A stretch of DNA of 64,000 nucleotides from an uncultured Candidatus Poseidoniales archaeon (lineage in GTDB: Archaea > Thermoplasmatota > Poseidoniia > Poseidoniales > Poseidoniaceae). The stretch lies in the NCBI GenBank assembly GCA_902563095.1, contig CACEWA010000004.1, positions 114 through 64,113 on the forward strand, read 5' to 3'. Shown piece by piece: positions 56,544 through 64,000 of this stretch (within the stretch, counting starts at the first letter, position 1; each line of letters starts with the position of its first letter). Under the pieces are notes generated by a model. That model was not told the origin of the DNA and did no database searches. It saw only the letters and a list, made by a program, of their open reading frames with translations. The position numbers and the translations under genes were made by a program.

Positions 56544-57593
56544 ATGTCTGAATCGGATACCGATGCAAATACGCCTTTCGAGCCTGTTGAATCTAAGGAA
56601 GAAACATTCGGAGCAGAAACACCAGTAACTGGACAAACCAAGATGCAGGCAGCTTGGTCTGCAAGTGATGACGACGCTAACTCGGCTCAAGTTGCTTCTG
56701 TGCCACAAGGACAAATTTTTGAGCAGATATACAAGCCATGGGAAGGCACTTTGAACCCGCGCTGGATGCGAAATTGGGCAATTTTGCGCCATCACATTTT
56801 AGGAATTTTCGCCAAAGGTCACCGGCCTTGGAATTTACCAACCAAACTTTTCATTTTCTTCGTAATTATTGCATCGATGACCGATGTGGCACTTGCCTTA
56901 TTGTTTGGCATGATTGGGGAACCTACCCTGTATGATATTTGGGGGGTCAATCGAGATAACTTGTACGGACATGTCATGGGATTTTTCCCACGAAATATTC
57001 TGTATTATCCAATCGTAGCTGCGTTATTAGTTGGAGGTATGATTTCTGAAGATAGATCGCATGGCACCAGCGCACTATACTTTTCTAGACCAATAAATAG
57101 GTTCGACTATGCCGCCATGAAATTCCTCTCTGTAGCATTGATTCTACTGTTTATTATCAATGGAACTTTGATGATATACTATTTCGTTGATATCTTGGTA
57201 ATGGGCAAAGGTTGGGCATGGATTATCGACACATTTCCAATGTTCATGGCTACATTTGTTTGCGGGATGATTCTGGCTTTTACCTACACATCGATTGGGC
57301 TTGCACTATCCAGTATTTCTCGAGGTAGATTCTTCCCCGCAATAGGCCTAATCGCGATTCTGATGGGTACACGTTCCATGGCAGCAATTATCGATGCACT
57401 ATTCGATAAATCATTGTTGTACATCATATCACCTTACGATGCAGTTGCGCATGTTTGCCAAGCACTAATCGGCACAGAAATGACATATGAGCACCCATGG
57501 GTTTGGAGTTTAATTTCAGTTGTCATCATGAATGGTTTGGCACTATACTTACTTGCAAATCGAGTTTCTTCGCTGGAGGTGACTAGGGAATGA
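56544..57593 (+). CDS. ABC-2-type permease-like membrane protein (pair 1), with ~75-aa acidic N-terminal extension
   Basis: The ATG abuts the upstream stop (TGAATG). There are six predicted TM helices after a hydrophilic N-terminus. Confidence 0.6.
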   Translation: MSESDTDANTPFEPVESKEETFGAETPVTGQTKMQAAWSASDDDANSAQVASVPQGQIFEQIYKPWEGTLNPRWMRNWAILRHHILGIFAKGHRPWNLPTKLFIFFVIIASMTDVALALLFGMIGEPTLYDIWGVNRDNLYGHVMGFFPRNILYYPIVAALLVGGMISEDRSHGTSALYFSRPINRFDYAAMKFLSVALILLFIINGTLMIYYFVDILVMGKGWAWIIDTFPMFMATFVCGMILAFTYTSIGLALSSISRGRFFPAIGLIAILMGTRSMAAIIDALFDKSLLYIISPYDAVAHVCQALIGTEMTYEHPWVWSLISVVIMNGLALYLLANRVSSLEVTRE

Positions 57594-58579
57594 TGCCCGA
57601 TGTAACACAGCATGGAACTGCAGAAACTACAGAATGGAAGCCTGTAGAGAACACTCCCGTAGTCATGTTCGACCGTGTTTCAAAATCATATGGTAGAATC
57701 AATGCAATGAATAGTGTTTCACTTGGAATTTCAGGTGGAGTAACAGGGATTTTGGGAATGAATGGTGCAGGTAAATCTACTCTTTTCAAATTAATGATGG
57801 GTAAAATCAAACCAAGTTCAGGAGCAATTAGGTTATTCGGCACGGACCCGTGGAAAAATCCTGCACCTTACTCACGCGTAGGATTTGTTCCTGAGCACGA
57901 AAAAATGTATGATTGGATGACTGCATTCGACTTCATTGTAACTTTCGCTAGACTTCACGGAATGACAAGAGAAGAGGCGAGTAAAGAAGCAACAAGAGTA
58001 CTGTCATTCGTTTCATTAGCAGATGTTATGCACAAAAGAATCGGTCAGTTTTCCAAAGGTATGAGGCAGAGGGTGAAAATTGCGCATGCATTGGTAAATG
58101 ACCCTGAATTGATTATTCTTGATGAACCATTACAAGGTTGTGACCCACTTGCACGAACCACTATCATGAACGTGATTAAGGAACTCGGGGCGATGGGTAG
58201 AACGGTTTTGGTTTCTAGCCATATTCTTCATGAGATTGAGAGAATCACAGAACAAATTGTAATTCTTCATCGGGGACGAATCCTTGCTCTAGGTAACTCT
58301 CATGCAATTAGAGAAATGCTGGACCAGCACCCACACAAGATTGAATTGGAATGTGACAATCCTCGAGAACTAGCCAAGAGTATGATCAATATCGGTGAAG
58401 TGACAGGAATGTCATTCGCAAGCTCTGACAAATTGCTAATCGAGACTCGACACTTGGGTGAAGTTCACAAAAAACTGCCACAAACAATCATTGATAGCGG
58501 CAGTAATGTCACAGCAATAGACAACCCTGATGATGACCTTCAATCGATCTTGATGTACCTTACAGGGGGTTCATTATGA
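57590..58579 (+). CDS. ABC transporter ATP-binding protein (pair 2)
   Basis: Walker A GMNGAGKST, signature FSKGMRQR and Walker B LIILDEPLQGCD. It overlaps the upstream gene by 4 nt. Confidence 0.85.
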   Translation: MMPDVTQHGTAETTEWKPVENTPVVMFDRVSKSYGRINAMNSVSLGISGGVTGILGMNGAGKSTLFKLMMGKIKPSSGAIRLFGTDPWKNPAPYSRVGFVPEHEKMYDWMTAFDFIVTFARLHGMTREEASKEATRVLSFVSLADVMHKRIGQFSKGMRQRVKIAHALVNDPELIILDEPLQGCDPLARTTIMNVIKELGAMGRTVLVSSHILHEIERITEQIVILHRGRILALGNSHAIREMLDQHPHKIELECDNPRELAKSMINIGEVTGMSFASSDKLLIETRHLGEVHKKLPQTIIDSGSNVTAIDNPDDDLQSILMYLTGGSL

Positions 58580-59895
58580 GCAATAGAATGGATACTATCT
58601 GGTCTAAACTTGACCGTAAATCCACTGCCATAGCAGAATTCACTATGCGGCAATACCGCACTCGGATTTCTACATGGGTTGTAATGATTGCATCCACTCT
58701 CGCATTATTCTTGATGCTATTATTCTACATCGAAGCCATGAACACTGAAATCGAAGCGATTGATAATGACGGTGATTCATTCGATTCTGATGGCGATGGT
58801 TACCCGGATGGCCAAGAGAGATTAGAAGGTACTAATCCGGATTCAGACGCTTCATTCCCTGATTGGGTCGAACCCGATCCTCCTGAAAAATGGATAAATG
58901 AAGATGACATTAATTGGGATGTATTAGGCGAAGGGGAGAATTATGTTGGAGAGGATGATGATGGCGATTGCACAAATCTCGATACTTCTAGTCAAAGGGA
59001 CAGTAATGACAACGACATGGAATGCGACATTATAGTGACTGTAGATTCACTCAATTCATCAATAACAGTAGATGCTGATTCGAATGTTGATGAGGACCCA
59101 GATGAAGAAAAATACGGCAAAGAAGCAGGACACAGGTCGTTCATTTTAGGCATCGGTAAATTTGGAATTGTATACCTCCTGGGTATTTTCCTCCCCCTTT
59201 TCTTAGCTACCGGATTGATTAGAGAAGAGATGTCTGAAGGTACAATTCACTATATGCTTGCTAAACCAATAGCAAGGGGTGAACTGTTGCTCTACAGAAT
59301 GCTAGGATACATCGGAATCACTTGGCCATTCATAATTTCAATCTGCGTCATTTTATGTTTAATCACAGGTTTCACTGGCCCAGGCGATGGATTCTTCCGT
59401 TGGTCTGACATTGGAGTTTGGATGTCGATAGCATGGGCTACGATGTTGGTTTCCTTAGTTTACGGTACCATATTTTGCGGGTTTGGAATAATTTGGAAAA
59501 ATGGCGTTATACTTGCGATAATTTTTGCTGCATGGGAGTTAGGTATGGCATTCGTTGCAATCTTTTCTGGAGGAGATTCGTCAATACGGTACATGTCGGT
59601 AATTGGGTGGGGAATGATCATTGTAGACGCAGGTGTAGCGATTAGTTGGCCCGATAATTGGCAATTAATCGAGATCGGTTTATGGGGCGGAGGACACGGA
59701 GAAGAAAACTGGCTAGGAGAAATTGCATATGTCGCACTTCCTGCAGCAGAGCCATTGGCTGGATTCAGTGGAAGTCCAAATCTCGGAGTTAGCAATTGGC
59801 TATCCTTCCTTATCTCAACATTAGTATTGGTGTTCCAAGGTGCCATGTCTTGGTTTATTGGACAGTCCATTTTCAAAGGCAAGGAAGTGGATTAA
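58576..59895 (+). CDS. ABC-2-type permease-like membrane protein (pair 2) with ~130-aa acidic extracytoplasmic insert
   Basis: It overlaps the upstream gene by 4 nt. TM1 (VVMIASTLALFLMLLFYI) is followed by DNDGDSFDSDGDGYPDGQE and further Asp-rich sequence, then about 6 TM helices. Confidence 0.6.
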   Translation: MSNRMDTIWSKLDRKSTAIAEFTMRQYRTRISTWVVMIASTLALFLMLLFYIEAMNTEIEAIDNDGDSFDSDGDGYPDGQERLEGTNPDSDASFPDWVEPDPPEKWINEDDINWDVLGEGENYVGEDDDGDCTNLDTSSQRDSNDNDMECDIIVTVDSLNSSITVDADSNVDEDPDEEKYGKEAGHRSFILGIGKFGIVYLLGIFLPLFLATGLIREEMSEGTIHYMLAKPIARGELLLYRMLGYIGITWPFIISICVILCLITGFTGPGDGFFRWSDIGVWMSIAWATMLVSLVYGTIFCGFGIIWKNGVILAIIFAAWELGMAFVAIFSGGDSSIRYMSVIGWGMIIVDAGVAISWPDNWQLIEIGLWGGGHGEENWLGEIAYVALPAAEPLAGFSGSPNLGVSNWLSFLISTLVLVFQGAMSWFIGQSIFKGKEVD

Positions 59896-61022
59896 TGTCA
59901 GAATCGCAGAAATTCACAGGCGATTTGTCAAGCCTGTGGAAACTGCAAAACCTACCACCTATCCATCATTTGACTTGGGATTGGTGGTGGTGGCTCGTTA
60001 TGTTGGACGATGAGGGAGGGAATCCTGCTGGGAAGCAATTGATGGTGCTATGGTCTACCAAGGATAACCCATTGGTTGAAGTCAATGGCCATCCATGGAA
60101 ACCGGTTGGAAGACCAGGTTTTGATGAGGATGGAGGCATAGCAATGGATGGTATGGTTGCAGCATGGTGGTATGATGGACACAAGTTGATTGAGCCATTA
60201 ATTTTGGAAGAAAGTAGGATTATTGTCGTCTCTGAAGAGCATTCTGATTGGCCGTATCAAAAAGGCGGAATCGTAGCATCGCACACCGAAAATGAATATT
60301 CGATGGGGCTTAATCCTGAAGAAAATGAATTTTGGCTCAAATTGGAAACTGAACACGGCGACTTTAATTTGAAAATGCAACCTTGGAATGACGCAATGTC
60401 TAGCATGAAGGTCGCACAAGCTGAATATGGACTTGGAATGGGATATGGGATCTCAAGATTACATGGAGCATTATGTACCGGAGAAATCGATGGGAAAGAG
60501 GTTGAAGGTTCAGCATATTTTCAGAAAGTGTGCGTTCAAGCACCTTCACCTCCATGGTTTTGGGGCATGTTGCATTTGGACGATGGCTCATATATCGACT
60601 GGTTTTTGCCACATCTTTCTCCAACACTTACAGCCAAAGATTCGCGCCATTGGAAAAAAAGGGACATTACGCATTATCCATTGTCTATGGGCGGATTGTT
60701 CCATGATGTAAATCGTCAAAGAAGTGAAAGATTTAGTGAAGTAAGAGTTGAAAGAACTTGCAATGAACATGGGCTTCCAACTTTTCATGTGCACATGTGG
60801 AATGGCGTAACTGAAATCCGGATTGAAGCCAAAGCAGTAACTAGAGCTCATTGGACATTTGACCAACCAACAAGGGGTGGAATGAAATCACACCTAACTT
60901 ACAACGAATATCCATTGGAGGTCACTAAATTAGAAATTGATGACGAACAAGGGATACGTACTCGCAAGGATTGGGGTACTATCCGAGGGAATGCAGAACA
61001 CTCTTGGGGCCTACTACATTGA
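59895..61022 (+). CDS. Trp-rich soluble protein, AttH/CrtC/tocopherol-cyclase-like (lipocalin-type fold) candidate
   Basis: ATG 59895 overlaps the upstream stop (TAATG). The motifs HHLTWDWWWWLVMLDDEGG and EGSAYFQKVCVQAPSPPWFWGMLHLDDGSYIDWF resemble the G.aY.EK.W....P..WFW / WdWf..hLdDG blocks of these families. This is recognition from memory only. Confidence 0.45.
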   Translation: MSESQKFTGDLSSLWKLQNLPPIHHLTWDWWWWLVMLDDEGGNPAGKQLMVLWSTKDNPLVEVNGHPWKPVGRPGFDEDGGIAMDGMVAAWWYDGHKLIEPLILEESRIIVVSEEHSDWPYQKGGIVASHTENEYSMGLNPEENEFWLKLETEHGDFNLKMQPWNDAMSSMKVAQAEYGLGMGYGISRLHGALCTGEIDGKEVEGSAYFQKVCVQAPSPPWFWGMLHLDDGSYIDWFLPHLSPTLTAKDSRHWKKRDITHYPLSMGGLFHDVNRQRSERFSEVRVERTCNEHGLPTFHVHMWNGVTEIRIEAKAVTRAHWTFDQPTRGGMKSHLTYNEYPLEVTKLEIDDEQGIRTRKDWGTIRGNAEHSWGLLH

Positions 61023-61078
61023 GAAAATCGCCGTAAGGTTCATCATCGACTAGGTTCCGTTACTATTTAGGAGAGGTA

Positions 61079-62098
61079 TTGATGTCCGACGAGGAACTAT
61101 CATCTGAGACCGCTGAAGAAAGTAATTCAACACTAGAAACCGAAGAACCTACAGAACCTGTTTCAAACAGTAATTCACTGATTGAGAAGTTCCGACTTAC
61201 TGGTGACGAAGAGATTTTGAAAGATGTTAAACCATCAATTTTCGCCTTTGTACCAATGTATATTGTTTCACTAATTATTCTCGGAGCGCATATGTTGTTT
61301 GCAATAGATTGGGATGCCAGCAGTGATGATAATTTCCTTGTCAAAACTATGGTTTTCTTGATTGAGTTATCGGATATTGGCGAGATCGGCTTCGTTCTAG
61401 TAATGTTGGGTGTTGCTTGGTTTAACAGAATGTTGAATGGAACTACTAGCGGCAAGTGGACCACTATTTTCTTGTTGATAGTTGCTTTAACTCCACCTGT
61501 GTTGAGGCTGGATGATTTCATCGCATGGATCATGAATAAAGATTCTGGATTTATTCCACTAGATGAATTCAGTTACTCATTATTCGGAATATTCTGGGCT
61601 GCACTCTTCACTTTGTTCACGGTGTTCTACCAAAGAAGTTTCCACTATGCAATCACAAACCACAGAGTGATTTTTACTCAGCACTTAATCATCCCAGGAG
61701 ATGGAAGAAGGATTCTTTTCGATAATATCAACGAGATTAGAACTCAAAGAACCATGCTAGGTGCGATGTTTGGATACAACACAATCATTTGCGATACTGG
61801 AAGCCAATTGGGAATTGGCGAAGACGCAATGTCTGTCTCAGTAGGTACTGCCGGAGGTAATTCAGGGGAGAGCACTAATGCTGAAGGTCAAGTCACTAAG
61901 AGTTTGTTCAAGAAAATGTTCGCATTCATAACTTATCAGAGGTCCAGAAAGATCGATCTTCCCGACCCAAGATTCTCTTTCTTCTGCATCACAAACTGGA
62001 AGTCTATCGAGCAACTTTTGAATGAAATGCATCAAAGACATAGCCAATCTGGAATTCTAAACGATTTGAAAGACCAAATCGCAGAATCTCAAGATTGA
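61079..62098 (+). CDS. hypothetical membrane protein with bacterial-PH (YdbS/DUF304-like) segment
   Basis: Acidic N-terminus and about 5 TM helices. The segment QRSFHYAITNHRVIFTQ...ILFDNINEIRTQR is typical of bPH_2-type domains. Confidence 0.45.
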   Translation: MMSDEELSSETAEESNSTLETEEPTEPVSNSNSLIEKFRLTGDEEILKDVKPSIFAFVPMYIVSLIILGAHMLFAIDWDASSDDNFLVKTMVFLIELSDIGEIGFVLVMLGVAWFNRMLNGTTSGKWTTIFLLIVALTPPVLRLDDFIAWIMNKDSGFIPLDEFSYSLFGIFWAALFTLFTVFYQRSFHYAITNHRVIFTQHLIIPGDGRRILFDNINEIRTQRTMLGAMFGYNTIICDTGSQLGIGEDAMSVSVGTAGGNSGESTNAEGQVTKSLFKKMFAFITYQRSRKIDLPDPRFSFFCITNWKSIEQLLNEMHQRHSQSGILNDLKDQIAESQD

Positions 62099-62136
62099 CA
62101 CATAGGTTTCAAAAACCTGTTCTCTAAGGCGCTGTC

Positions 62137-62652
62137 ATGAGCGACCTAATCCAGCAGGCTGGCATGGCCCTTTCAAGTGGACAATTTACTGATGCTATGG
62201 AATTATTTGACAAAGCTAGAGAAGCAGAACCTGACAATGCAGTAGCGCATTATGGTTGGGCTGAATCGGCATTCATGCGCCTTTCAATGGACATGGAAGA
62301 AGATGTTCCAGCGGGTAAAATCATGCAGGTTTACAAGAAAGCTATGCAACTTGATGAAGAGAATCTAGAATATGTTGCTTCTTTCGCTAATTTTTGTCTA
62401 GACTGCGGCAGAATTCCAATGGCTATCAAAGAATATCAACGCCTTGAAAAAATGGCAGACCTAAACGAGATTCCTGTTGAGGATACTCTTTTTGATGCTA
62501 GTAGACTGATTGTAGATGCTATCGAGCGAGTTGGGCAACCTATGGACAATCCAATGATTCAGCCTTGGCTAAGACAGGCATTGGTCTGGGCAGTTGGTGG
62601 CCTAGGATATTCTGCTGAAGATGCAGTAAAGATGCTTTCTTCTGATGAGTGA
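62137..62652 (+). CDS. TPR-like helical repeat protein
   Basis: GQFTDAMELFDKAREAEPDNAVAHYGWAES fits a TPR consensus (A..lf.kAle.dP.na.a.yglg). 171 aa. Confidence 0.5.
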   Translation: MSDLIQQAGMALSSGQFTDAMELFDKAREAEPDNAVAHYGWAESAFMRLSMDMEEDVPAGKIMQVYKKAMQLDEENLEYVASFANFCLDCGRIPMAIKEYQRLEKMADLNEIPVEDTLFDASRLIVDAIERVGQPMDNPMIQPWLRQALVWAVGGLGYSAEDAVKMLSSDE

Positions 62653-62662
62653 GGTGCATCAA

Positions 62663-63523
62663 ATGCGGAAGGCGCGTATCGCCTTCCGTTTCGGACATTA
62701 TGGCGATTGCTTTCACGGCAGTCAAGTCCAACCAGATGTTCCTACAGTGCAGGGGACATTCATGCACATTTTCAAGAAGAAATTGAAGTGGACTCAAGAA
62801 AGGATGCCTGTAGCATTCTCAAGCCGTACAGACTCAGGAGTCCATGTGAGACTGAATGGAGGATTCATTGATCTCGACCAAGACCGTTGGGAGGCGATGG
62901 GTGAAGCAGGATTCATCAAGGCTGTAGGCCATCAAATTCCGGAAAGTATCTCATTGGTAGATGCTAGACAGGTCGCTGATGATTGGAGCCCCCGAAGAGC
63001 ATTATATCGAACTTACAGATACAGAATGGAATGTATGGAAGGTTGGGTTGAGCCTGAATTGGAAGACTTTACTCAGCTGTGTTCATTGTTCAAAGGGGAG
63101 CACGATTGGTCCAATTTCTGTAGAAGAGAGCCTGGCCGAACAACTACTCGAGTGGTAGAAGATTGCAAACCATGGGTAAACGATGGTCGCATCATTGGAT
63201 TCGAAATTGTAGGTGAAGCATTTGTCTGGAACCAGGTTAGAAGAATTGCAAATGCCATGCTGGCCGTGATTACTGATTCTCGAACCATAGAGAGAGTTAT
63301 CGAAGCCAGAGATAATCCGCAGACTGAAATCGATTTAGGATTGGCTGACCCTGATTGGCTAATCTTGTGGTCTGTCACATGGGAAGGAATACCAGATATT
63401 GAAACACCAGACCCAGCAATACCTGCGCCAGATCATTCTAGTTCAAGATGGCAAGACCTTTGCAGGCAGCAACAAAAAGAGATTCTAATTCGTCAATTCG
63501 ACTTCATTCAAGGACGATACTGA
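62663..63523 (+). CDS. truA: tRNA pseudouridine synthase A family
   Basis: IAFRFGHYGDCFHGSQVQPDVPTVQG and the catalytic-Asp motif SSRTDSGVHV. ATG 62663 is preceded by GAGGTG at 6 nt. The track start 62645 overlaps the upstream gene. Confidence 0.8.
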   Translation: MRKARIAFRFGHYGDCFHGSQVQPDVPTVQGTFMHIFKKKLKWTQERMPVAFSSRTDSGVHVRLNGGFIDLDQDRWEAMGEAGFIKAVGHQIPESISLVDARQVADDWSPRRALYRTYRYRMECMEGWVEPELEDFTQLCSLFKGEHDWSNFCRREPGRTTTRVVEDCKPWVNDGRIIGFEIVGEAFVWNQVRRIANAMLAVITDSRTIERVIEARDNPQTEIDLGLADPDWLILWSVTWEGIPDIETPDPAIPAPDHSSSRWQDLCRQQQKEILIRQFDFIQGRY

Positions 63524-63971
63524 CCATATCTCCATCGACTAGAGAACATGATTCTCGCAGGAAAACGTCTGCGATGACCTCAACCACATCTTCGTGTCTG
63601 GTTAGATCTGGAATTAGGACTGCACAATCATGAATTGATTCTTTATATTCAATTGTAGCAAGAAATGCTGTCGCTCCTCCGAATGAAACTCCATCCCTGT
63701 CGAATCCTTTGACACGGTGCAACTCGATATCGCTCCCTTCGCCTTCTTCCAATCCTGCACTTACTCTCAACTTCTTGTACTGAATCAAAGATTCACCTTC
63801 GACCTTAATGTTCAGAGTACCTGGCCATGCTCCTTTACCAATGATGGTTTTGAATTGGTTTTGGTAATGTTCCTGGGACATGAAAATATGAGCTCGTCCG
63901 AGACCAGATGATACAATTCCATGGATTCGCATTGACCGGCCGAGAAGCCTCTCACTCATGACTGTTTGCAA
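63504..63971 (-). CDS. ribK: archaeal CTP-dependent riboflavin kinase
   Basis: GIVSSGLGRAHIFMSQEHYQNQFKTIIGKGAWPGTLNIKV matches the archaeal RibK pattern (G.V.sGlG.g..f.....Y..qf...lG...yPGTLN). It lacks an N-terminal HTH. Confidence 0.75.
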   Translation of the reverse strand: MQTVMSERLLGRSMRIHGIVSSGLGRAHIFMSQEHYQNQFKTIIGKGAWPGTLNIKVEGESLIQYKKLRVSAGLEEGEGSDIELHRVKGFDRDGVSFGGATAFLATIEYKESIHDCAVLIPDLTRHEDVVEVIADVFLRESCSLVDGDMVSIVLE

Positions 63972-64000
63972 CGGAGCAAAACAACATGTAGAACAACCAC

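Noticed and set aside
59796-59894. N-terminal 33-codon extension of the AttH-like ORF overlapping the permease gene
   Set aside because: The ATG at 59895 forms a TAATG stop-start junction consistent with the coupling pattern of the whole operon. The extension has no supporting features.

Overview
Densely coding chromosomal segment from an archaeon, most consistent with a marine planktonic Thermoplasmatota / Marine Group II (Poseidoniales)-like lineage. Archaeal markers: archaeosine tRNA-guanine transglycosylase, CTP-type riboflavin kinase, stand-alone GMP synthase subunit B, archaeal NMN adenylyltransferase, a TrmB-type regulator, a DRG GTPase and archaellin-type class III signal peptides. 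Many starts are preceded by GGTGAT/GAGGTG Shine-Dalgarno-like motifs 3-6 nt upstream, and I used this to trim several over-long ORF-track starts. I call about 62 CDS, one tRNA-Asn(GUU) at 9283-9355 and one TPP riboswitch at 33586-33670. I found no rRNA, CRISPR array, integrase, transposase or other mobile-element signature. Housekeeping blocks: pstS with a divergent PhoU-type regulator; a NUDIX-photolyase-SDR operon; ribA-bcp-trmB; ABC1 kinase-crtI-crtB; purE-guaA(B); glycine cleavage gcvT/gcvPA/gcvPB; pdxT; grpE; sufCBDSE-DUF59 plus a divergent Nfu; tgtA; truA; ribK. Items most worth follow-up: (1) a 1565-aa surface-anchored protein with six lamin-tail domains and a dual-HKD phospholipase D module directly after an orphan pstS, a candidate extracellular phosphodiester scavenger. 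(2) A thiamine locus combining an HTH-ThiN (ThiR-like) regulator, a TPP riboswitch whose 3' aptamer half overlaps the ribosome-binding site, and an SSS-family transporter. (3) A five-gene translationally coupled operon of two ABC ATPase/permease pairs plus an AttH/CrtC/tocopherol-cyclase-like protein. (4) An orphan pair of archaellin-like genes with no motor genes, next to a TlpA-DsbD fusion. (5) An ArcTGT homologue lacking the canonical zinc motif. (6) A 1177-aa beta-propeller/Ca-binding-repeat surface protein inserted inside the gcv gene string. All functional calls rest on motif recognition by eye, since no database search was possible.
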